This document shows, piece after piece, positions 1 through 6,924 of a stretch of 22,377 bases of DNA (position 1 is its first letter; each line of letters starts with the position of its first letter). The translations under genes were made by a program, and so were the position numbers. The stretch is from a virus. The DNA is taken from the UHGV virus genome UHGV-0172060, one strand, 5' to 3'. The notes beneath the pieces were generated by a model. The model had not been told where the DNA came from. It made no database searches and saw nothing but the letters and a program-made list of their open reading frames with translations.

Positions 1-49
1 TGATGAGTAAACAACAGGAATTGTTTCGGTATAACTTCAGGAGTTTTCT

Positions 50-223
50 ATGGAAGATCAAAAAGCAACCAAGCCACAGGTTAAGTTCGACACAATGAAA
101 GCATTCGCAGGTATGGGTGCTGCTGTTGAAGTTCTGATGAAGGCTGCTCCTAATGCGTTCACTCACGCTACTGTCTCTGGTAAAGAGCAGCAGGGTAAGC
201 TTCGTCGTCGCAAAGCAGCATGA
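50..223 (+). CDS. hypothetical small protein (57 aa), basic C-terminal tail
   Basis: ATG at 50 preceded by AGGAG at 37-41; in-frame TGA at 221-223; followed directly by a terminator hairpin. Too short for the ORF track. No family recognised. Confidence 0.4.
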   Translation: MEDQKATKPQVKFDTMKAFAGMGAAVEVLMKAAPNAFTHATVSGKEQQGKLRRRKAA

Positions 224-242
224 TCATAGCTGGTGCTTTTTG

Positions 243-272
243 AAAACCCGCCTTTAGGCGGGTTTTTTATTT
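243..272. terminator. bidirectional rho-independent terminator between convergent genes
   Basis: aaaacccgcc-ttta-ggcgggtttttt: GC stem flanked by an A-run on one side and a T-run on the other, lying between the + gene ending at 223 and the - gene ending at 271. Confidence 0.7.
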
Positions 273-552
273 AGTGATGTTCTTTGCCCTTCTGTTTGCT
301 TGTTCTGACCTGTTCCCACTCGATACGTCCTTCTTCTCGTCTTTTGTCTATGTATTCCGCAAGATCCTGAATATTGATGCAACGTTTTGCTTTTTGTGAT
401 GTGCCGATGCGATATGTTGGAACGGGCAACTTACAAGCGTTTGCTTTTGCTTCTGCCGTAGCTGGACTCATGCCAAAGTACTTTTGGCTAACTGCTGAGA
501 GTTCAATGTTAGGGGTATTGAATTCAGCCATCAGTAAAAACAAGGTGTTCAT
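271..552 (-). CDS. excisionase-like DNA-binding protein (PrtN/pyocin-activator-type)
   Basis: ORF 271..579 on minus strand; start placed at the internal ATG (552) because GGAG lies 6 nt upstream, whereas the longest-ORF start is GTG with no SD. Small basic protein at the distal end of the leftward early operon; family assignment from memory only. Confidence 0.55.
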   Translation of the reverse strand: MNTLFLLMAEFNTPNIELSAVSQKYFGMSPATAEAKANACKLPVPTYRIGTSQKAKRCINIQDLAEYIDKRREEGRIEWEQVRTSKQKGKEHH

Positions 553-588
553 AATTTTCTCCATCAAAACCGGCTGCACCCGGGAAAA

Positions 589-1161
589 TCATAATTCTGT
601 GCTGGTGGCAGGAATTAATTTCTGCCAGATAGCGGAAACATATTTTGCCTGATGACGGGCATCAGCCAGGGCGTTGTGCCGTTCGCCATCGAAAGGCATG
701 TCCATTTTGGGGTCGAATCCGATGGAACGCCCAAGCGTAACGATCGTGCGTACATCGTGGTCATTCCAGTATGCCCACGGGCAGATTTGTCCTGCTCGCT
801 CATAAGCTCCACGTAAAATTACGTTGTCGAAGGTGGCTCCGTTACCCCAGACTTTTAAATATTTCGTATTGTCTGCGTGCCGGTTAATGAAATGATTTAG
901 TTCTGAGAGAGCATCGCTGATCGACAAAGTATCATCAATACAGATTGCAGCTCGTGCTTCAGGGCTTTGTTTCAACCACCACAGGATGGTATCGCCGTCA
1001 GGTGTAGCTCCTTGCCCCATAGCACTTTCCAGGCTAACAACCGTATAGAATTCTTGTCCGATGTCTCCGGTTTCTGGAGTGAAGAACACCGCGCCAATGG
1101 AAACGATCGGTGCATCCTTATTTTTCCCCATCGTCTCAAGGTCGATCATTAAGTTGTTCAT
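589..1161 (-). CDS. DnaQ-like 3'-5' exonuclease (DEDD family)
   Basis: N-terminal MIDLETMG (Exo I D-x-E motif); ~190 aa; ATG overlaps the upstream stop (ATGA), GAGGTGA SD upstream. Confidence 0.75.
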   Translation of the reverse strand: MNNLMIDLETMGKNKDAPIVSIGAVFFTPETGDIGQEFYTVVSLESAMGQGATPDGDTILWWLKQSPEARAAICIDDTLSISDALSELNHFINRHADNTKYLKVWGNGATFDNVILRGAYERAGQICPWAYWNDHDVRTIVTLGRSIGFDPKMDMPFDGERHNALADARHQAKYVSAIWQKLIPATSTEL

Positions 1162-1970
1162 CACTTCACCTCTTGTGATGGTTTTGCTGCAAAATACTCG
1201 ATACCTTTATCCCAGATAGATTTTATGGTCGACCACGTGACTGGCACTTTAATTTCAATACGTCCGCTCCCGTCACAGGTATCGCAATCATCATCGCCAA
1301 AGCATTCCAGGCAGCTTATAAACGTAGTTTCTGAAAATTCACCGGATAGCGCCCCCTTAGCGCCGTTCTCGGCTGTTAGTCTCTTCGGCACCATAACCCA
1401 ACCATCCGGAGTTACCGGAGAGTTGCCAGACAGTGCGTTCTGCAATCGTTCCAGCTTAACGTATTCCTGAACCCTGTTTCCGTCGCACGCCTGAAGCCAT
1501 TGCACAGCCTTTTGCGCATCAGTGTGAAAGGCACAAGTGCGACCGTCATCAAATTGCATTTCGTAGAGGTCAGCAACCTGTTTAAACTGCGTTTGTGGCA
1601 ACTTGTAAGCCTGGCTTGCAGGTACGGCACCATAGAGCATGGCAGCGCGGCAGGCGTTCCAGCCTTCATCAAAACCGACTATGCCATTATTTAAAGACGG
1701 ACGAGCATCTGGCACCACCGGCACTGGCTTGGCTATATATAGCGGCTGAACATACCAGCCCTTTGATAACCAACTGTCAGCAATGTTTTTACTCCTGGTT
1801 ATTGCCGGAATACCTAAGCCATTGTCTGAATGCAGCCATGCCACCGGATCCTCTTCCAGCGATGCCAGAGCAATTTCATAAGCACGGCGCTCAACATTGT
1901 CTCGCACGTCCATGCTGCTGATTCGTTCTTTGATTTCTTTAATCAGTTCTTTATCGGTAAATGTGGTCAT
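1161..1970 (-). CDS. hypothetical phage early protein with C-terminal CxxC...CxxCxGxG zinc-ribbon motif (Ea22-like?)
   Basis: 269-aa ORF, translationally coupled on both sides; C-terminal CLECFGDDDCDTCDGSGRIE resembles a DnaJ-type zinc finger. Ea22-like assignment is a guess. Confidence 0.6.
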   Translation of the reverse strand: MTTFTDKELIKEIKERISSMDVRDNVERRAYEIALASLEEDPVAWLHSDNGLGIPAITRSKNIADSWLSKGWYVQPLYIAKPVPVVPDARPSLNNGIVGFDEGWNACRAAMLYGAVPASQAYKLPQTQFKQVADLYEMQFDDGRTCAFHTDAQKAVQWLQACDGNRVQEYVKLERLQNALSGNSPVTPDGWVMVPKRLTAENGAKGALSGEFSETTFISCLECFGDDDCDTCDGSGRIEIKVPVTWSTIKSIWDKGIEYFAAKPSQEVK

Positions 1971-2332
1971 TATGCTCCAGCCTCCGGTGCTTTTGGCATT
2001 ACTGCCCAGTGAGTGATGTTGACGTTTTCAAGGTCCCCGACCTGAAATGTCCACTGCCATTCTCCGGTTTCTTTTTGCCCCCATGTATACCAGAGAGAAC
2101 GCCAGCCAATCAGCCAGCCTTCTCCATTAGCATCAAATAACAGAACACTTTCATTCGCTGGCGGCAGTTCAGCTGACACTGGTATTACTTTGTTTTCCAG
2201 TGCTGCACATTTAGCTTCAAGCGCATCAAATTTACGCACCAGGTATTCAGCATCCGTTTCATTCACTTTCAGATCTCGCGGTACACATTTCCCGCGAAGA
2301 AATCCTTCCATTTCGAAAACATTCATGCGCAT
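1970..2332 (-). CDS. hypothetical phage protein (DUF551-like, YfdS-like)
   Basis: 120-aa ORF; start overlaps the stop of the HD gene; GGAG SD. Family assignment from memory only. Confidence 0.55.
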   Translation of the reverse strand: MRMNVFEMEGFLRGKCVPRDLKVNETDAEYLVRKFDALEAKCAALENKVIPVSAELPPANESVLLFDANGEGWLIGWRSLWYTWGQKETGEWQWTFQVGDLENVNITHWAVMPKAPEAGA

Positions 2333-2859
2333 TTGCGTAACTCCGATAATTCGTTAAAGCGTTCCATAAACATCCCGTAGGCATGGCCTGGAGCCAGTGG
2401 AATCACGTTGAACATCTCTGTTGCCGGGATACCTTCCAGTACAGGCCAGAAAGAGCCATCATCAAGCCCGAGATCGCGGCGTTCGGTTGCCAGCATGATG
2501 AGATCGGCATATTTCACGGGCGTACTCATAACCGGTGGTAACCCGTATTTCTCACGGATTACGGCGTCTATTTTTTCTTCCATCCGTTTATAGTCAGGAA
2601 GAAGGCGTTTCAGTGGTGCGGGAATGTCCTGGCAATACGCTTCTGTTGCATCATGCATTAACGCTTCAAAAGCAAATTCCTGCGGCACCAGCTGGCTGCA
2701 AAGAACCGCATGTTGGGCGACGCTGTAGAAGTGCGAAAGATGACCGGCAAAGCGACAGATATTTGAAAGGGAAACCGCGATATCGTTAATATCGATGTCG
2801 TCTTTATTTATCCTGTCATAATAAAAATGCTTCCCAGAAAAAGTTTTGATAAATGACAT
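2323..2859 (-). CDS. HD-domain metal-dependent phosphohydrolase (YfdR-like 5'-deoxynucleotidase family)
   Basis: H...HD motif (SVAQHAVLCSQL...ALMHDATEAY). Start chosen at MSFIKTF (GGAG SD 6 nt upstream) rather than the longest-ORF start at 2886. Confidence 0.75.
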   Translation of the reverse strand: MSFIKTFSGKHFYYDRINKDDIDINDIAVSLSNICRFAGHLSHFYSVAQHAVLCSQLVPQEFAFEALMHDATEAYCQDIPAPLKRLLPDYKRMEEKIDAVIREKYGLPPVMSTPVKYADLIMLATERRDLGLDDGSFWPVLEGIPATEMFNVIPLAPGHAYGMFMERFNELSELRKCA

Positions 2860-2986
2860 TTTGTTCTCCACGTATATGCGCTGCACCGCGCTGAATTCTG
2901 GTAAAAAGAATCCCTCACCATCCGGCGATTATTGAGTAAATTACGTTTCCATAAATGCCCCCGCAGGGGCATTTGCAGTAATGAAA

Positions 2987-3811
2987 TCAGGCGGTGAAAG
3001 TACCAATAAAGGTTTCTACTTTGCTGTCCTTGAATTTCTCAACAAGCAGATCACGAAATTCGTTAGCCATTTCTTCCTGCACCGCCTCCAGCTGAATAAT
3101 GCGCAGAACCAGTACCGGACGATCGCCAGTGATAATGCTGAGGCGTAATTTAAACGGACGTTCTTTCAGACCTTCAAACGGAATGCATTTAAATTCAAAT
3201 GCCACTGGCATAATGTCTTTGGTCTTCGCTTCGACAGACTCCATCAGGGAGCGTTTGCCGCTGAAGTCATTATCTTCAAAATCAGCGGTCTGGTTTGCTT
3301 CAATCGTGATTTTACGGACCGCCGCAGCCGCTTTTGTTGCCTGAATGGTGTCACCATTAGCATCAAAGCCCACAAGGTAGTCGGCCCAGTCTTCAATCCA
3401 TTCTGCCAGTGATTTCTGGGAGTTACGCTCGCCATTAACAGACAACAGAGCAGAGAACGGTGCTGTCTTTTTCAGTTTGAGAGTGGCGGTGTTATCTGCG
3501 TGACCTGGTTCATCAATAGTACCCAGGTTAAGCACACTGACGGCACGCATATTATCAGCATCGATAAAGCAGCGGGTGCCTTCATCTGCAAGATCTTTAG
3601 AATAACGGGTAAAGTCATCGATGCTGGCAGTGGAAAGCGCACCACGGAAACGGAAGCGATTTAAATTAAATTTTTCCAGATCATGAATGCGGAAATTCTC
3701 AGGCAATGCCACAGCATCGGCACCAATCTTACTGATAATTTCATTAACACCCTGAGCAGAAATAAGGGCATGGATTTGATTAATTGCGGTTGCGTCTAAG
3801 TTCTGAGACAT
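2987..3811 (-). CDS. YfdQ-family protein (DUF2303-like) of unknown function
   Basis: 274-aa ORF with GAGGA SD; recalled resemblance to E. coli CPS-53/KpLE1 prophage protein YfdQ, adjacent to an HD-domain YfdR-like gene as in that prophage. Confidence 0.65.
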   Translation of the reverse strand: MSQNLDATAINQIHALISAQGVNEIISKIGADAVALPENFRIHDLEKFNLNRFRFRGALSTASIDDFTRYSKDLADEGTRCFIDADNMRAVSVLNLGTIDEPGHADNTATLKLKKTAPFSALLSVNGERNSQKSLAEWIEDWADYLVGFDANGDTIQATKAAAAVRKITIEANQTADFEDNDFSGKRSLMESVEAKTKDIMPVAFEFKCIPFEGLKERPFKLRLSIITGDRPVLVLRIIQLEAVQEEMANEFRDLLVEKFKDSKVETFIGTFTA

Positions 3812-3876
3812 AATAAGTCCTCACTATATTAAGATATTCAGTGATGAGATAAATAATCAGTTAATTAAGAACGATA

Positions 3877-4239
3877 TTAATGACCTGCTGCGCGGAGTTT
3901 TCCGTCAGGTTCACCGGCAAGAGTCAGTAATTGTCCCTGGTCTTCCTGCAGAATAGTCAGGCGACCACCGCGATTGACATACATCGGCGTTTCGGTGGTG
4001 TCTTCTTCGGAAATTTTCCCGCGGTTAGTCGGGCGAACATATGAGAGTTTGTGTTTGATTTTCACACGGTTCTCATCAAATGGTTCGATTTCCAGGTTGA
4101 GTGAGACCTTACCTTTGGTTTTCGTGTTCATCACACCGGAAGCGACTTCACTGAGAACTGCGCCGATTTTGGTTTCAAATACGCCGCCGTCCAGCTCCCC
4201 GATAAATTCCTGCACGTTGGTACTGCGTTCGCTAGCCAT
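3877..4239 (-). CDS. hypothetical phage protein (YfdP-like), first gene of the leftward early operon
   Basis: Start placed at MASERS (ATG 4237-4239) with GAGGAG 7 nt upstream; the ORF-track start at 4470 lies inside a highly structured leader with no SD. In-frame ATGATG at 4253-4258 is an alternative start. Confidence 0.6.
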   Translation of the reverse strand: MASERSTNVQEFIGELDGGVFETKIGAVLSEVASGVMNTKTKGKVSLNLEIEPFDENRVKIKHKLSYVRPTNRGKISEEDTTETPMYVNRGGRLTILQEDQGQLLTLAGEPDGKLRAAGH

Positions 4240-4376
4240 TTTGCTGCTCCTCATCATATCGACCCTGCAAGGTCGGTTGGTTTCTCCACAAAACAGAGAA
4301 GAACACCTGCGGTGGTAGCCGCCCGGATGGATTGGGTTATGAGCCCGTCGTCCGGTGATGCTCTTCTCTGTTTTGT

Positions 4377-4422
4377 AAAAAGAGCGGTACCAGCCGGAAG
4401 CAAGTGTACAAACTGGTACCGC
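4377..4422 (-). terminator. intrinsic-terminator-like hairpin in the early-left leader (tL-like), followed by a boxA-like motif
   Basis: On the minus strand: gcggtaccag-(17 nt loop)-ctggtaccgc followed by tcttttta. The sequence CGCTCTTTTTACAA resembles rrn/lambda boxA (GCTCTTTAACAA). Confidence 0.4.
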
Positions 4423-4825
4423 CAAAGCAGTGGCTGTTGTGGTGGGGTTGTCACTCAGGCGTATGGTCAACCTGACAATCCGGTGTCCTCAACGGGGAAA
4501 GAGTAACCCCGCCATACTTACCGCCGCGCCATTTCGCGGATTACCACAACGCTGAGAGCACTTAGCCAGTTACGGCACCACACTTTGTCGAGGTTCCATA
4601 AATGCCCTCATCGTTGCACCCTGGTCTCTTCCCAGGCGTCAAACCGAATCGCCACGCTGGTTAGGCGTCTTATCAGCATCCTCATTGACTTGCACATTCC
4701 GGCTACCTGGTTTGTTTGCCCGAGCAAGGAGTGGATTGTCCCCTTTAACGTCCCCAGACCGCTAACGACGCATGTGCCATACGCCGTGTTACAACCAAAT
4801 TTTGTCAGGACCTTGTTTGTTGGTC

Positions 4826-4890
4826 TGGAAAGAAAGATAAAATGAAATTGCGTAACGTGCAAGTATTTTATTGCGAGATATGCAATAGCG
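4826..4890 (-). promoter_or_regulatory. PL-like early-left promoter with two repressor operators (ATTGC-N7-GCAAT type)
   Basis: Minus strand: -35 TTGCAC, 17-nt spacer, -10 TATCTT. Operator palindromes at 4870-4886 (ATTGCGAGATATGCAAT, perfect arms) and 4847-4863 (ATTGC-N7-GCAAG); the same half-sites recur in the cI/cro intergenic region. Confidence 0.5.
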
Positions 4891-4921
4891 TGAGTAATGA
4901 AAAGCCACCTTCTGGTGGCTA
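4890..4921 (-). terminator. rho-independent terminator downstream of the repressor gene (tImm-like)
   Basis: Minus strand: agccacc-agaa-ggtggct followed by tttcatt, about 20 nt after the repressor stop at 4942. Confidence 0.6.
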
Positions 4922-4941
4922 ATTGATGTTGAGGTAGGGGG

Positions 4942-5634
4942 TTAATTGTGTCGCTTAAGGGTTTGTGACTGACTGATTAAGACCTTTCCAAAGACCATAA
5001 ACCGGTGTTCGTTTTCGCTGGTAATTCCCCATTCGCGGTAAATCTGATTATCAGAAATTACCAGCAGTTTATCAGGTATCATTTGCAGTCGTTTGACGTA
5101 AATTTTATCATCAAAACCAAATACATATATACCATCCCCATCAAACTGATTGATACTGATATCAACGAAGATGAGATCTCCTGGCTCAATGGTTGGACAC
5201 ATACTGTCCCCACGAACGTTGATAACTTTAATGTGATTTGCTGGTCGTCCACCAAACATCGATACAGCATTATCAGTTCTGTATTCAATGGCATGAATCA
5301 CATCAATGACATCACCGCCCTGGATAAGGCCATTTCCCGCACTGGCACTGACATCCAGCATTTCAATACGGAATACATCCTTCACCTGCGCAACATCCTC
5401 ACTAATACTGTTTTTACATACAGTATTACTTTTGAGGTCTGAGGTAAAGAGATCAGCAATATCAACACCTAAGCTCCTGGCAATATTACTCAGGGCTTGT
5501 TCAGTGAATTGTTTCTGCTTACCTGTTTCGAGGCGCGAGATATTCGCCGCATCCACTCCTATTGCTTCAGCGAGATCGGCGATTTTCATGTTCTTCGCCT
5601 GGCGAAGTTGTCTGACTCGATTTCCTATGTTCAT
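4942..5634 (-). CDS. cI-like prophage repressor (XRE HTH + S24 LexA-like peptidase domain)
   Basis: N-terminal HTH (RQLRQAKNMKIADLAEAIGVDAANISRLETGK); C-terminal S24 signatures (GDSMCPTI serine, VKRL lysine); divergent from a cro-like gene. Confidence 0.9.
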   Translation of the reverse strand: MNIGNRVRQLRQAKNMKIADLAEAIGVDAANISRLETGKQKQFTEQALSNIARSLGVDIADLFTSDLKSNTVCKNSISEDVAQVKDVFRIEMLDVSASAGNGLIQGGDVIDVIHAIEYRTDNAVSMFGGRPANHIKVINVRGDSMCPTIEPGDLIFVDISINQFDGDGIYVFGFDDKIYVKRLQMIPDKLLVISDNQIYREWGITSENEHRFMVFGKVLISQSQTLKRHN

Positions 5635-5731
5635 GCGTTTATTACATTTCTTTATTGCGCGTTAAGCAAATCAACTTGCGCAAAATATTTGCGTGAAATA
5701 ATATGCTCATCACGCAATATGTGGAGGTTAT
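5635..5731. promoter_or_regulatory. divergent PRM/PR promoter region with operator repeats (OR-like)
   Basis: Sits between the divergent repressor and cro-like starts. Candidate PR: -35 TTGCGC, 17 nt, -10 TAATAT. Operator-like sites ATTGCGCGTTAAGCAAA (5654-5670), TATGCTCATCACGCAAT (5702-5718) and palindrome CGCAAAATATTTGCG (5677-5691). Confidence 0.6.
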
Positions 5732-5992
5732 ATGCAATCACCATTACGGAATGTGCGTAAGGCGCACGGATTTACTTTGCAGCATGTTGCTGCGGGCGTT
5801 CAGGTCAATCCAGCGACGCTGAGTCGTATTGAAAGACTGGAACAAATTCCATCTATCGATCTTGCAGAACGTCTGGCCAATTTTTTTAAGGGTGAAATCA
5901 GCGAAATGCAGATTCTTTATCCGGCACGTTTTCAATCTAGCCAAAACCAGAATGGGTTTAAACCACAGGAACAGGAGGTAAGCCGTGGGTAA
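5732..5992 (+). CDS. Cro-like XRE-family HTH regulator
   Basis: 86-aa HTH protein (GFTLQHVAAGVQVNPATLSRIER) transcribed divergently from the repressor; GGAGG SD. Confidence 0.8.
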   Translation: MQSPLRNVRKAHGFTLQHVAAGVQVNPATLSRIERLEQIPSIDLAERLANFFKGEISEMQILYPARFQSSQNQNGFKPQEQEVSRG

Positions 5993-6536
5993 GCATCATT
6001 GGAAAGTGGAAAAACAACCTGAGTGGTACGTGAAAGCTGTCAGAAAAACTATCGCGGCATTGCCAGGGGGTTACGCTGAAGCTGCTGACTGGCTGGATGT
6101 AACAGAGAACGCTTTATTCAACCGCCTTCGTGCAGATGGCGATCAGATTTTCCCGTTGGGATGGGCAATGGTTTTACAGCGTGCTGCTGGCAATCACCAC
6201 ATTGCGGATGCTGTCGCACAGTCTGCTGGTGGGGTGTTTGTATCACTTCCTGAAATTGAGGAAGTAGAGAACGCCGATATCAACCAGCGCCTGCTGGAGG
6301 TCATTGAACAGATCGGCAGTTATTCCAGACAGATTCGTTCAGCAATTGAAGACGGGGTGGTGGAACCACACGAGCAGGCAGCAATTAACGACGAGCTGTA
6401 CATGTCAATTTCGAAGCTGCAGGAGCATGCAGCACTGGTCTACAAAATCTTTTGCGCTCCAGAAAAGAGTGACGCCCGCGAGTGTGCAGCTCCGGGCGCC
6501 GTGGCGTTTTGTGTCTGTGGAGAAACTAACGCATGA
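5985..6536 (+). CDS. CII-like/YdaT-family early regulatory protein (putative)
   Basis: 183-aa ORF with GTG start and AGGAGG SD, overlapping the end of cro; its position after cro matches the CII/YdaT slot of lambdoid and Rac-type prophages. Family assignment tentative. Confidence 0.5.
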   Translation: MGKHHWKVEKQPEWYVKAVRKTIAALPGGYAEAADWLDVTENALFNRLRADGDQIFPLGWAMVLQRAAGNHHIADAVAQSAGGVFVSLPEIEEVENADINQRLLEVIEQIGSYSRQIRSAIEDGVVEPHEQAAINDELYMSISKLQEHAALVYKIFCAPEKSDARECAAPGAVAFCVCGETNA

Positions 6537-6871
6537 ACAGTTTAACAACACACTACCGTCGCTCGCAACTGATTGCGCTTCCTGTACCGGGTGGAAAAGC
6601 GAAGGTGGAGTATTGCTATGCAGTGAATGTACCAGGTGACAGGGAAATTGTAACCCACAGCTTTGCAGAGTGGGCTGTGGGTGATTTCAACCGGCAGAAG
6701 GAGACAGTCCTTTGCGACAAGTTAACCGCTGGTTCAAAGATCACTACGGAGTGCCCGTCAGAGTCATTCGTTGGGAGCCGGAAACACAACGGGTTATCTA
6801 CCTCCGTGAAGGCTATGAACATGAATGCTTCAGTCCGCTCGAACAGTTTCGTCGTAAATTCAGGGAAATAG
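6533..6871 (+). CDS. hypothetical protein (ORF A; N-terminal half looks protein-like, C-terminal half looks out of frame)
   Basis: ATGA-coupled start at 6533, ends 9 nt before the O-like start; the C-terminal ~50 aa are Ser/Asn-rich and overlap a better-looking ORF in another frame. Confidence 0.35.
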   Translation: MNSLTTHYRRSQLIALPVPGGKAKVEYCYAVNVPGDREIVTHSFAEWAVGDFNRQKETVLCDKLTAGSKITTECPSESFVGSRKHNGLSTSVKAMNMNASVRSNSFVVNSGK

Positions 6872-6924
6872 AGGTCGGTCATGAGCCTGTTAATGACATC
6901 CCAGCCCATTGTGATAAATCGTGA
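6712..6924 (+). CDS. hypothetical small protein (ORF B, GYEHEC-motif protein)
   Basis: TTG start with near-ideal SD (AAGGAGA, 7-nt spacer); protein-like composition ([33 protein letters not shown]); overlaps ORF A and the O-like start. Confidence 0.45.
   Translation: MRQVNRWFKDHYGVPVRVIRWEPETQRVIYLREGYEHECFSPLEQFRRKFREIEVGHEPVNDIPAHCDKS

Noticed and set aside
2950-2975. Palindromic hairpin ATGCCCC-cgca-GGGGCAT between the YfdQ-like and HD genes
   Set aside because: No flanking U-tract on the transcribed strand, so not a convincing terminator. It may be a processing or binding site but there is no supporting evidence, so it is not called as a feature.
4254-4506. 66-aa (-) and 64-aa (+) ORFs overlapping the long hairpin region
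   Set aside because: They lie within the 15-bp inverted repeat and stem-loops, have no SD, and are better explained as structured RNA or DNA than as coding sequence.
2947-4607. Exact 14-mer TTCCATAAATGCCC present twice (2947-2960 and 4594-4607)
   Set aside because: In a 22-kb window about one exact 14-mer repeat is expected by chance, and the second copy lacks the palindromic context of the first.
4585-4862. ORFs of 86 aa (+, 4585..4845) and 84 aa (-, 4608..4862) in the early-left leader
   Set aside because: Both begin with TTG and lack an SD; the minus-strand one starts upstream of the inferred -10/-35 of the PL-like promoter; composition is not protein-like. Treated as noncoding leader.
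4842-4922. 26-aa plus-strand ORF (MKLRNVQVFYCEICNSVSNEKPPSGG)
   Set aside because: It overlaps the operator/promoter and the repressor terminator hairpin, and has no convincing SD; most likely a chance ORF.
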